A stretch of 64,000 nt of DNA from a virus. Shown piece by piece: positions 29,508-38,705 of the stretch. A program made the position numbers and the translations under genes. Each line of letters starts with the position of its first letter. Positions within the stretch are counted from its first letter, which is position 1. The stretch lies in the IMG/VR virus record IMGVR_UViG_3300027804_003127. One strand, 5' to 3'. The notes under the pieces are model-generated. The model saw only the letters and a list, made by a program, of their open reading frames with translations. It searched no databases and was not told where the DNA came from.

Positions 29508-30111
29508 AACAACAGGTAAAGTTACAAATGAGATAGTGTTAAGTGGATTAAATTTAATACTCAAGAAAGATATGTTTTTTGATGTCTCAAGAGACAAGAT
29601 AGGTCATCATGAGCTTGTTTGGTCTATTCATTCTGGCTATGTGTCTCCAGTGGATGACGAAGCTCAAGATGCTTCTATAGCTAAAAAAAATATATATGTT
29701 AATCAGTCAAAGAAAACTATAGTTTGTTCTCATTTAAGAAGTCCATTAGGTCCAGGAGAAAAGGCGATACTCTTGTCAGATGATCCAGTTTGTAGAGAAT
29801 TGGATAAGTTAGTTTCTATTGGTATAATAAATAAGATAGATGAAATAGCGCAAGATGCTAAAAATGATGTAGTTCAGGATGTTAAGGTAGAAATTAAGTC
29901 AGAAGTTCAAAAAGATATTCCTGTAAGGAAAAGTTTTAAGAAATCATCTAGTTCTAAAAAGCCTAGCAACGCTAAAGACAAAGATTCTGAAAAAAAGGAT
30001 AATAAAACAAAAGTAGTCAAATTAAATTCAGACAATAACGTAATTGTTTCTAATCCAGATAAAGGAACTATATTTGTTGGCGAAAATAACGGGGAACTAG
30101 ATCTTGACTAA
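29497..30111 (+). CDS. Hypothetical protein with two copies of a small ~45-aa module and a basic tail
   Basis: AGGAG RBS before ATG 29497. Confidence 0.6.
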   Translation: MRFKTTGKVTNEIVLSGLNLILKKDMFFDVSRDKIGHHELVWSIHSGYVSPVDDEAQDASIAKKNIYVNQSKKTIVCSHLRSPLGPGEKAILLSDDPVCRELDKLVSIGIINKIDEIAQDAKNDVVQDVKVEIKSEVQKDIPVRKSFKKSSSSKKPSNAKDKDSEKKDNKTKVVKLNSDNNVIVSNPDKGTIFVGENNGELDLD

Positions 30112-30250
30112 AATAAGTTCTGAAAATGCTAATAAAAAATATAAAAAGCTAAAAAGACAGAATAAGAATAAGCTTTGTAGATATTTTACGTTAATTTATC
30201 CCCAAGATTACGCTTCGTCTTTAGTGGGGAAGCCATGTCATGACAAATGA
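30104..30250 (+). CDS. Unannotated 48-aa protein resembling the C-terminal motif of 33123..33953
   Basis: TTG start with GGGGA RBS; fills the 30111-30240 gap; MTKISSENANKKYKKLKRQNKNKLCRYFTLIYPQDYASSLVGKPCHDK. Confidence 0.6.
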   Translation: MTKISSENANKKYKKLKRQNKNKLCRYFTLIYPQDYASSLVGKPCHDK

Positions 30251-31013
30251 AGCTAAACTATTTTTAATAGCAAAAGAGCTTTTGTATTATGGATTTAAAA
30301 ATGAAAATGGTTTTATAATCAACATCCATGATAATTTTGGCGAACCATCAGAATTGTTTATTAAAAGATTAGATGATTTGAAAAAAGATCAAATCAATCT
30401 TCTTAAAGAAGAGTGGGAAAAAATTAAGTCTAATATAAAACCTATAGCTGGAGGGGTCAATATAGGCTATTTGAGAGTTTTACAAAAAAGCATAAACAGG
30501 TTATACAAAAAAAGCAAGCATAGTGTTCTTCAGACAAAGCACATAGATGCTCATATGGATTCTGTTTCTCAATTATGCGCTGATAGAATGAGCGCTTCTA
30601 CAGCAGAGCAAGCTGTAGTTATACTATCTAAAATAGAAATATATGAACATAATATAAAAAGATTGGGTTATATAAAATATTTAGTAAATACTTTAAATAG
30701 TCAAAAAGTTTTATCTAAGGTAGCTTTTACAGGCATAGATATGAATTCCTCTATACAAGGACCGTATTCTAATTTAGATTTGCCTATGCAAGAAAGAGTA
30801 TTTAGCTGGAGCGATATAGACGAAGAAACCTATGCTAGGCAAGATATGAAGCAAAAACAAAGTAGATACACTGCTGGACTAGAGGGGAATAGTCCGTCAG
30901 AATCTAAGGTTGGATACTATTTGAGAGAACTTAGAAATGAGCCTTATGCTTTTCCTTATGGAGAAGATGAGGCAAACTATCCGTACAGAAAAGTATTATG
31001 GGGTAATCCATGA
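30240..31013 (+). CDS. Putative head-associated protein
   Basis: LSKVAF motif followed by a QGPYSNLDLPM.ERVF.W segment. Confidence 0.6.
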   Translation: MTNEAKLFLIAKELLYYGFKNENGFIINIHDNFGEPSELFIKRLDDLKKDQINLLKEEWEKIKSNIKPIAGGVNIGYLRVLQKSINRLYKKSKHSVLQTKHIDAHMDSVSQLCADRMSASTAEQAVVILSKIEIYEHNIKRLGYIKYLVNTLNSQKVLSKVAFTGIDMNSSIQGPYSNLDLPMQERVFSWSDIDEETYARQDMKQKQSRYTAGLEGNSPSESKVGYYLRELRNEPYAFPYGEDEANYPYRKVLWGNP

Positions 31014-31417
31014 AAAAAGAAAATCAATCTTCTCTTGTTGACCTATTGATGAACAATATGCAGTTTGGTCAAAAAATGCTTATTCCTTTAAGCACAAACT
31101 CTAAGCAGGCAAAGAATTTATACTCTATTTTTATAAATGCCACGCAATCGGATAACGTTATAAAGATGGGCAAGCCATTAGAGATGCCTATGGCGGACTT
31201 CGTTGAACTTAGGATGTCTGGCTTAATATCTGGATCTAATGAAGAAGTGTTCTTTACTAAGCAGGGTCAAAGGATGCTTGAAAAGATGATATTAGCAGAC
31301 GACGATTGCACATTTGCTTTAAAAACAAATGTAGATAAGGGTCTTTTAAGTAAGAAGAGTCAAGAAAACAATATTGATGGATTGTTGCCAAAAAGTCCTG
31401 GTATATTCAGATTATGA
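31010..31417 (+). CDS. Hypothetical protein (possible winged helix)
   Basis: L..SGLI.....FFTKQG..ML pattern. Confidence 0.55.
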   Translation: MKKENQSSLVDLLMNNMQFGQKMLIPLSTNSKQAKNLYSIFINATQSDNVIKMGKPLEMPMADFVELRMSGLISGSNEEVFFTKQGQRMLEKMILADDDCTFALKTNVDKGLLSKKSQENNIDGLLPKSPGIFRL

Positions 31418-31620
31418 TAGAAATTTCTATAAAATATAAAGATGAAAAAGATAGGATAAAGAAAATAAGTTTTATAAAAAAAGAAAGCTATAACTATGAT
31501 ATTGATATTGTGAGTGATAGAAGTGTCACAAATAGAATATTGCTAGAGATAGATCCAGATATATCTGATTCTTTTATATCATATAGTAAGTATAAGGGCT
31601 TCAAATTCTATGAATCATAA
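31414..31620 (+). CDS. Hypothetical protein
   Basis: Overlapping start/stop in the operon. Confidence 0.5.
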   Translation: MIEISIKYKDEKDRIKKISFIKKESYNYDIDIVSDRSVTNRILLEIDPDISDSFISYSKYKGFKFYES

Positions 31621-32464
31621 AAAAATAAAAAAAGTTTTTGTAGAAATAGCCAAGACCCCCAGTCAGCTTAATAAGGGTTTAATGTTTAGAGATAGACTGG
31701 AAGACGATTCAGGAATGATGTTTGTTTTTGATAAGCCTAAAATTCTTAGTTTTTGGGGAATGAATACTTTTATTCCTTTGGACATAGCGTTTATAGATGA
31801 TTCAGGTATCATAAAAGATATAAAAAGAATAAAAAAACATGATTTAAATGCAGTGAAATCTTCGTGTCCATGCAAATATGCGTTAGAGATAGATGACGGA
31901 TGGTTTTCTAAAAATGGATTTAATGAAGGTGACTATGTCGATTTCTCATTTATGGACAACTCAAGTTATATAGCTATATTAAAAAACGTAAAATTAGCAC
32001 AAAAGGAAGAAGGCTCATTATTCAGTGAGAATAATATAGATGAAGATGAAAAAACATCTTTAAAAGAAAAAGATAAAGAACCTAAAGAAGTTGTGCCTAA
32101 AGAAGAAGTGAAAAAACCCGAAGATGCTAAAAATGTTCCTGTAGTATCTAGTCCTATTCTTTTGCCGCCCATTCAAAAAGAGATATCTGTACCAAAATTT
32201 AATAATGTATATCAGGCAATTCCTTGGGCTTTTAGTAATAATCAGGTTATTAGAATAACTTATAAGACAGAGCATGGGCATACTGTCACAAGAGATGTAG
32301 AACCTCATAGAGTTTATTTTTCTAGAAAAAGTAAAGGTCAGGTGCTAAAGGCTTTTGATGAAACTTCGGCACATCCTAGTCAGTATATAGTAAGGAATAT
32401 TGTATCTTTTGGATTCCCTGGAAGGAAGTTTACTCCAAAATCAATATTTAATAAACGGAGATAA
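31610..32464 (+). CDS. DUF192-domain protein with C-terminal WYL-like domain
   Basis: VEIAKTP...KGLMFR..L..DSGM.FVF...FWGMNT.IPLDIAFID; C-terminal IRITY......TRDVEPH. Confidence 0.8.
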   Translation: MNHKKIKKVFVEIAKTPSQLNKGLMFRDRLEDDSGMMFVFDKPKILSFWGMNTFIPLDIAFIDDSGIIKDIKRIKKHDLNAVKSSCPCKYALEIDDGWFSKNGFNEGDYVDFSFMDNSSYIAILKNVKLAQKEEGSLFSENNIDEDEKTSLKEKDKEPKEVVPKEEVKKPEDAKNVPVVSSPILLPPIQKEISVPKFNNVYQAIPWAFSNNQVIRITYKTEHGHTVTRDVEPHRVYFSRKSKGQVLKAFDETSAHPSQYIVRNIVSFGFPGRKFTPKSIFNKRR

Positions 32465-33064
32465 ATGATGACGGAATTGATAAAAAATATTCTTTTTACA
32501 GCACAGAGTTTAGAGGTAAAGGGTCTTAGTAAGTATGCTTCTCAGTTAGACTCAATAGCTGAAAGCTTTATCTTGATCAAGCAGGCCCAATATGACGGCG
32601 TTCAAGGATATTGGATAAGAAACGGAAGATGTTTTGATAATTGTTATAGGCAAAAAAGATCTAGTAATCCTAAGAAAAGCGCTCAAGAAATATGGTCTGA
32701 ATGTCATTCTGAATGGCAAGATTCTATAATGAATAAGTCATCAGAATGGGACAAATATGCTGATGCTAGTGAAAATATGTTAAAGATTGCCTCTACTGAG
32801 AGTGTTAAAAATTCTGATTATGTGATGAACGATGAAATATCTTCTAAGATAGAGTCTGGCATGAGTGTTGCTGACGCAGTTCCTATGACCATAGCTGAAA
32901 GAATTTTTAGTCTTCCTTGGAAGTTGGCTCAGATAAGTAATCAGATTTCAGACATTTCAATAGATTTAAGTGAAAAAGATCCAGCTATATCTGAAAGACT
33001 ATATGAACTTGCTGAGAATATAAGGCAAGAAAGCTTAGATAATTATAAGGACTGTTTGATTTAA
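32465..33064 (+). CDS. Putative internal head protein
   Basis: Five K-x-A motifs (SKYASQ, IKQAQ, DKYAD, LKIAS, WKLAQ). Confidence 0.65.
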   Translation: MMTELIKNILFTAQSLEVKGLSKYASQLDSIAESFILIKQAQYDGVQGYWIRNGRCFDNCYRQKRSSNPKKSAQEIWSECHSEWQDSIMNKSSEWDKYADASENMLKIASTESVKNSDYVMNDEISSKIESGMSVADAVPMTIAERIFSLPWKLAQISNQISDISIDLSEKDPAISERLYELAENIRQESLDNYKDCLI

Positions 33065-33065
33065 T

Positions 33066-33094
33066 AAAGGATTTTATTATAAATTAGTGAATTA
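33066..33094 (+). promoter_or_regulatory. Candidate phage late promoter (AAGG-N18-GAATTA)
   Basis: Similar bipartite motif in intergenic gaps at 24892, 38663, 48656 and 56965. Confidence 0.35.
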
Positions 33095-33122
33095 AAACAA
33101 TCACATTGGAGGATAGATAAAA

Positions 33123-33953
33123 ATGCAATTCTTTTCTAATAAAATTTATGTAAATGGTGGTCAGAAATCTTTTCAAGATATCATTAATGATGTAAAGGGC
33201 GGTATGACAAAAACAGCTGCCAAGAAAGATGATGTTAAAAAAGAAGAAGAAGAAAAGTCTGCTACTATGCAGAAAACCACTAAGGGCGGTAAGATGCCTA
33301 AGGAAGTTTTAGAAAACTTCAAGAACAAGGGCAAGAGTAAGAGTAAGGGCGACGATGGTAAGTCAGGCGCTTCAGGAGATAACTCTTCTGGCTTAACTCC
33401 AGCTCAGAAAAAGCTACCTCCAGCATTGCGCGCAGCAATAGCCAAGAAGAAGGGCAAGAAGAGTAAGAAGAAGGCAAATGATTCAAGTTCTTATATGAAG
33501 ATAGCTTCTATTGATAAAGTAAGTGATGACGAAGTTATTCTCACTTTAGCACAGATGCATGATGAAGCTGCAATGCATGATGAGGCCGAGATGCATGATG
33601 AAGCTGCAATGCATGATGAGGCCGAGATGCATGATGAAGCTGCAATACATGATGAAGCTATGATGTCTGAATCTGGCTGGAGCGAGTCTGCTTCTGATGA
33701 AGATGAAGAGGAAGTTGTTATTGACGATTCCGATGAGGACAAAGTTGAATCAGCTGATTGCGGAAGTATGAAATCAGAAGGATGCGGCAAAATGCCTATG
33801 GCATCTTCTGATGATTCTAAGCTTGCGTCTTCTGATAAGAAATTTGTAAAGATAGCTAACTTGACTGATAAGCAAAAGTCTAACTTCCGCAAGTACTGGG
33901 AAGGTGTTTGGCCAAAAGAGTTTATTGATGCAGTTCTTTCAACTGAGAATTGA
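33123..33953 (+). CDS. Putative internal head / scaffold-like protein with basic and acidic tracts
   Basis: GGAGG RBS; MTKTAA, LTPAQKKLPPAL, MKIAS, MHDEA repeats, FVKIAN. Confidence 0.7.
   Translation: MQFFSNKIYVNGGQKSFQDIINDVKGGMTKTAAKKDDVKKEEEEKSATMQKTTKGGKMPKEVLENFKNKGKSKSKGDDGKSGASGDNSSGLTPAQKKLPPALRAAIAKKKGKKSKKKANDSSSYMKIASIDKVSDDEVILTLAQMHDEAAMHDEAEMHDEAAMHDEAEMHDEAAIHDEAMMSESGWSESASDEDEEEVVIDDSDEDKVESADCGSMKSEGCGKMPMASSDDSKLASSDKKFVKIANLTDKQKSNFRKYWEGVWPKEFIDAVLSTEN
33555..33659 (+). repeat. 18-nt coding tandem repeat (MHDEAA/MHDEAE x6, with 36-nt higher-order period)
   Basis: ATGCATGATGAAGCTGCA and ATGCATGATGAGGCCGAG alternate. Confidence 0.9.
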
Positions 33954-33959
33954 GGATAA

Positions 33960-34553
33960 ATGGCTATACAGCCTGTAGGTATAAGAAAAGAAATGAAGAC
34001 ACAGATGTTCAGGGAGGCGCAATTAGCACCCCCTGAACAGTCTTCTTTTTACATGCAAAATGGATCATCTGCTCCTGTGCAAAATAAGCAACAAGTAGAT
34101 GAAATATGTGATTCTATTCAAGACGTTAGGGACTTTGTTGTACATACATTGGTCAATGACGTTGGAGTTCCTCAGAGAATAGTGGATAAAAAACTAGATA
34201 ATTTAGTTAGTTATTCAATAAATTCTGGAGGGGAAATGAGCGGATTCTTTATTTTACCATCTCATACTGTTGAAAAAAAGATATCATTAGAAGACACTAG
34301 AAATATAGTTTCAAAATTCGAGAAAAAATTTAATTGTGAATGTGATATAGAGCATGGAAAGAATTTTAAAATAAAATTTAAAAGTGTAGTTAAGTCAGAA
34401 CCAGAATCTTCAGATGACGAAGAAGGTAGCTTAAAGTTTGTTCCAGATGAAAAAAACAATCATAAAAAAATAGCTAGTTCTTATTTTGCTGAGCAATTAG
34501 AAGAAAGAAAAAATGTATTGTACGAAACACTAAGAAGAATAGGTTACAGTTAA
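33960..34553 (+). CDS. Putative internal head protein
   Basis: FREAQ and KKIASS motifs. Confidence 0.6.
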   Translation: MAIQPVGIRKEMKTQMFREAQLAPPEQSSFYMQNGSSAPVQNKQQVDEICDSIQDVRDFVVHTLVNDVGVPQRIVDKKLDNLVSYSINSGGEMSGFFILPSHTVEKKISLEDTRNIVSKFEKKFNCECDIEHGKNFKIKFKSVVKSEPESSDDEEGSLKFVPDEKNNHKKIASSYFAEQLEERKNVLYETLRRIGYS

Positions 34554-34555
34554 TA

Positions 34556-35209
34556 ATGTATAAAAATAAAAACTCTGATAAATCTAATATATTTGGAGAT
34601 AAATTAGAAGCCAATGAGCGTAAGCCTATAGAGGAATCTTTTTTAGAAGGCTTTGCTCGTAAGCAGTCAATAAGAGAAGATGTTAATAAAAAGTCAAATA
34701 TAATAAATAACAAAGTAATAAGAAGTTCTACTTTATTTGATAATGATAGTAATTCTGGAGAGATTTTTTTAGGTAAAAATTCTTCTAGATCTATATTTAA
34801 TCCAGATAGTATTTCTGCAGAGGCTCTTCCAGAATCTAGGTCTATTAAGAGTAGAGGTTTTTTACCTAACGAAAAGAAAGAAGTGAGTTCAGAGATAGCA
34901 GAAGATTTAGGTAGATTTAAAGGAAATTTTAATAATGCTTCAACTAAAGTTGGATCTCATGGAACTGTCAGAAATGATAGAATTAGTATTTTTGATGAGG
35001 TAGAATTTAGTAGAATAGATGAGCCTAAAGTTCATAAGGCAAAAACAATAGAACCAGAAGTAATAGAAGGGGTGTCTAAATTTTTATCTTCTAAAGATTT
35101 AACTAGTTCTTTGTTTGATAAATTGAATAAGCCTGAAGTTGTTCATAAAGTAACTTCTAGAGAATCGGCAATAGATAAATTATTCGGAGACAAAAATGGC
35201 AGCGTTTAA
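34556..35209 (+). CDS. Hypothetical head-region protein
   Basis: ORF in the head operon. Confidence 0.6.
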   Translation: MYKNKNSDKSNIFGDKLEANERKPIEESFLEGFARKQSIREDVNKKSNIINNKVIRSSTLFDNDSNSGEIFLGKNSSRSIFNPDSISAEALPESRSIKSRGFLPNEKKEVSSEIAEDLGRFKGNFNNASTKVGSHGTVRNDRISIFDEVEFSRIDEPKVHKAKTIEPEVIEGVSKFLSSKDLTSSLFDKLNKPEVVHKVTSRESAIDKLFGDKNGSV

Positions 35210-36200
35210 TATTAAAAAATATTCTCAAAATTATAATGCTCCAGCAGACATGGTTCCAGCGTCTGATTATGCAGATAATCAAATGTTAAACACTAGTGAA
35301 GAGCCCGAGCTTTTAATGCAGCCTTCTAGTGCAGGTAGTGATGTTGATTCTGAAATAGAAACAAGGTCTATATATGTATTTAACAACCACGATCAGATGT
35401 ATAGGAAATTGAAAGATTTTTTTTCTGAAAATGATCCAAATAGTTCATTTAAATCAGCATGGGAATATTTTGCTCCTTCTGTAAAAGACTCAGATATATC
35501 TGATAATTTCAAAAAAAACCTTATCGAATTTTATAGAATGTATGCAGAAAGTCCAGAGGGTGATGGTCCAGTAGATATGGCAGACAAATTATTTGATGAC
35601 TACAGCAAGGTTAGTCCTCCAGAAGAGCCGCAAGATGACTTAGACGAAGAGGGGCTGGATGTAGCAAAAGCTAGCACCCTAGATATTATAAAAATAGCAA
35701 AAGAAATTGCATTTAAAAATAAAAATCAAATCTTTAATTTACAAAAAGTAGCTCAACATAAGACCTTGACAGACTCTGTTATTATGAATAATTCTAATCA
35801 AGTATCTTTAAGTCCATTTACTAGAGATGTACAAAGTGGAATGCATTTAGTTGAGCAAAATAAGGGTTTTGGCTTGAAGATAGATGATATTCTTGATATT
35901 GATTTTGAAGCCATCTGGAGAGGTAATGTAATGGATAAGTATAATAGTCCATACAGAGACGATGCAGGCAATTATGTAGGTGGCTATATTAATAGACGAT
36001 TTGAGGTTAATCAAAATATTCCTGTAGGCAACAATTTACAATTGCTGCCAAATACAAGGAGAAGGCCTTGGATGCCAGAGTATAGTACGATAGAATCTAG
36101 AATGGAAGTATCCAGGGGCAATAAGGACAAGTTAAGTGACCCAGCTTCTTTTTCAAAGATTTCTATAGGTCCTTTTAACTTAAAAAAAAAGAACAAATAA
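35196..36200 (+). CDS. Putative internal head protein; ends in a slippery A-run
   Basis: FNIKKYSQ, FNLQKVAQ and FNLKKK motifs; DFEAIWRGNVMDKY segment. Confidence 0.75.
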   Translation: MAAFNIKKYSQNYNAPADMVPASDYADNQMLNTSEEPELLMQPSSAGSDVDSEIETRSIYVFNNHDQMYRKLKDFFSENDPNSSFKSAWEYFAPSVKDSDISDNFKKNLIEFYRMYAESPEGDGPVDMADKLFDDYSKVSPPEEPQDDLDEEGLDVAKASTLDIIKIAKEIAFKNKNQIFNLQKVAQHKTLTDSVIMNNSNQVSLSPFTRDVQSGMHLVEQNKGFGLKIDDILDIDFEAIWRGNVMDKYNSPYRDDAGNYVGGYINRRFEVNQNIPVGNNLQLLPNTRRRPWMPEYSTIESRMEVSRGNKDKLSDPASFSKISIGPFNLKKKNK

Positions 36201-36406
36201 TTAACAAGCAAGCGCAGTCTGCTTACGATAAGTCTTTAAATAAGGCTTTATCTTCTTTACAGCCCGATAAAGAAGATACATATTCTCATCAAATTAGGAT
36301 ATGTCCAGTATGTGGTGCCACTAACTCTGCTGATCCTTCCAAGAACAGGAATAAATGTGTGGCATGTAATGGAAATTTATACAAAGTTAAATCGACGAGG
36401 GTGTAA
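36185..36406 (+). CDS. -1 frameshift extension of 35196..36200 (71 aa, CxxC-CxxC zinc ribbon)
   Basis: A_AAA_AAG at 36185-36191. The -1 frame reads EQIINKQAQSAYDK...ICPVCGATN...KCVACNGNLYKVKSTRV* and stops at 36404-36406, 3 nt before the portal ATG. Confidence 0.7.
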   Translation, partial: KKEQIINKQAQSAYDKSLNKALSSLQPDKEDTYSHQIRICPVCGATNSADPSKNRNKCVACNGNLYKVKSTRV

Positions 36407-36409
36407 TAA

Positions 36410-38644
36410 ATGGCAAAAAAAAGTGAATCGTCATCAGCGGGCGTAGAAAAGCAAGTTGTGTCTGACTCTAGTGTATATGACAAGAAATACGCTTCTTCGT
36501 CAGCGGTTAATTTGCCCTTGACAAAAGCAGCTCAGTACGTAGGTGGTAGTGCTTCTACGATATTCACTCAGCCAATGTTTTTCTCTCCTTTGCATACGCC
36601 GCAAAACTGGCAGATCGCTAGTAAAAGAAAAGAAGTTTATCAATGGGCTAGGTTTTATTATGAAAACGAGCCCAAGGCGGCAGCTGGTATAGATTTTTAT
36701 GCTGGCTTTCCAATGAATGGATTTTCATTAGAATGCAAAGATAGAAAGATATTGACATTTTATGAACATCTAGTAGAAAAGCTGAATCTTGATTATTGGT
36801 TAAGAAAAATAAGTCATGAATATTTTCTTCTAGGAGATGTTTTTGTATTTTCAGAAATATCATGTCCTGTGTGCAACGGTATTGGCAATTTGCCAAATGG
36901 TGACATATGCAACCATCCAGACGGAACAATAAAAAGATTACTCGTATTAAATCCAGACTTTATAGAAGTTCAAAGCACTCAGCTTGCAGATGAACCTACT
37001 GTTGCCTTAATACCTGATGACGATTTAAAAAGAATAATATCTCAAAAGAAGCCACTAAATGTTTATGAAAGAATACCAAATAGTATTAAGGAATTGGTAT
37101 CTTCTGGTAGGCCAATTCCTCTTAGCCCAAGATGCGTAAGTCATTTAAGACACAAAGGCTCTCCGTATGGCACTTATGGAGAAAGCTTATTGCGTAGGTT
37201 GTTTACGATTATATCATATAAAACAAAACTCATGACGGCAAACTGGATAATGGCTGAAAGGCACATATTGCCAGTAAGAATAGCAAAAGTTGGAAGTGCT
37301 GAACGTCCTGCCTCTGAATTTGACATAGCAGATGTTCAGGGGCAATTAGCTGCGGTTGCTAACGATCCTAATTTAACTATAGTCACACACCATGCTTTTG
37401 AAATGGACTTTGTAGGAGCTACAGGAAAGATACATGACATATCTAATCAAATGGAGATGATTGGAAAAGAGATGTTAGATGGAATGATGCTTAATCAAAC
37501 TTTACTAAACGGCGAAATGCAAGGATATAGTGGAGCTGCTGTTGGTGTAGAAACTTTGATAAGAAGACTTGAGACGTGGAGGTTAGAACTTGCTGACTGG
37601 GTAGAAAAGAATGTTTTTTTACCAGTAGCTCAAATGCAAGGTTTTGTAGATGTCGCTAAAAGCAAGTTGATAAACGAAACTATTTATTTATATCCTAAAA
37701 TAAAATGGAATGATTTAAGACTTAGAGATAACAGTCAGAATTTAAATATGCTAATTCAGCTTCATGATAAAGGTTTGATATCAACTCAAAAATTATTATC
37801 AGAATTTAACATAGATTATGATCAGGAAATAAACAGACTAAGAGAAGAGCAGATTACTGCAGGCAAGGGTGGCCAAGTGTCAGGTCCTGCATCAATGGGT
37901 GAAGGAATGGGCGGAGGTATGGATTTGGGAATGGGAGGCGGCGGTATGCCTCCAGGGCTTTCTGGACCTCCAATGGACGCTGGCATGGGAGCTGCAGCTA
38001 TGCCTGCAACTCCAGAGGCTGGCGCTAGCGTTGCGCCTCCGTCAATGCCTCCAGCGCCAGCAGGCCCAGTCGCATCTTCGAATGATTTTGTTAAAACAGC
38101 GCAATTTGGATATGGTGGTCAAATTCAGCAAGCGCCAGATAAAGTATATAAAAAAGGCAAGGAGCCAAAGAAGAAAGATGACACAGGAGATGTACAGACT
38201 AAGCAAATTTTTTTAACAAAACCTGAGCAAAAATTATACAAGATTATACAAAATCTTAATTTACCATTAAGGCTCTTTGCTCAGTATGAGCAAAAAGTTC
38301 CAGGTGTGCAAAATGCATATTTGCTAGATTTTGCTTTACCAGAAATTTTATTAGATTTAGAAGCTGATGGAGATTTTTGGCATTCTGACGCAGAGTCTGT
38401 TCAGAGAGATAAAGAGAGGGATATGAAGTTGGCTTCTCTGGGTTGGACAATAGTAAGGCTAAGAGAGAGTGCTTTAAACAGTCAGGCTGATTCCGTAACT
38501 GAAATAATAAAGAACAGCATTAGAGAAGCTATTGCTAGAAGAAAGGCCATGATGACTAAAAAGGCAAATAGTCAAGAAGACACTTACGAGATAGAAGAGA
38601 TTGAAGACGATTACTCTATAATAATAAAACCTTCTAATATTTAA
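36410..38644 (+). CDS. Portal protein with Gly/Met/Pro linker and C-terminal DUF559/Vsr-like PD-(D/E)xK domain
   Basis: Lies between terminase and protease. ARFYY.NEP...GIDFY..FP, EYFLLGDVF, PYGTYG.S.L.R; C-terminal YLLDFAL...LEADGDFWH.......RDKERD..L..LGWTIVRL.E. Confidence 0.82.
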   Translation: MAKKSESSSAGVEKQVVSDSSVYDKKYASSSAVNLPLTKAAQYVGGSASTIFTQPMFFSPLHTPQNWQIASKRKEVYQWARFYYENEPKAAAGIDFYAGFPMNGFSLECKDRKILTFYEHLVEKLNLDYWLRKISHEYFLLGDVFVFSEISCPVCNGIGNLPNGDICNHPDGTIKRLLVLNPDFIEVQSTQLADEPTVALIPDDDLKRIISQKKPLNVYERIPNSIKELVSSGRPIPLSPRCVSHLRHKGSPYGTYGESLLRRLFTIISYKTKLMTANWIMAERHILPVRIAKVGSAERPASEFDIADVQGQLAAVANDPNLTIVTHHAFEMDFVGATGKIHDISNQMEMIGKEMLDGMMLNQTLLNGEMQGYSGAAVGVETLIRRLETWRLELADWVEKNVFLPVAQMQGFVDVAKSKLINETIYLYPKIKWNDLRLRDNSQNLNMLIQLHDKGLISTQKLLSEFNIDYDQEINRLREEQITAGKGGQVSGPASMGEGMGGGMDLGMGGGGMPPGLSGPPMDAGMGAAAMPATPEAGASVAPPSMPPAPAGPVASSNDFVKTAQFGYGGQIQQAPDKVYKKGKEPKKKDDTGDVQTKQIFLTKPEQKLYKIIQNLNLPLRLFAQYEQKVPGVQNAYLLDFALPEILLDLEADGDFWHSDAESVQRDKERDMKLASLGWTIVRLRESALNSQADSVTEIIKNSIREAIARRKAMMTKKANSQEDTYEIEEIEDDYSIIIKPSNI

Positions 38645-38705
38645 TAATATATTAATATAAAGAGGATTTAGTGCAATAATGTTTAATTTAAATAATTAAA
38701 CACAT

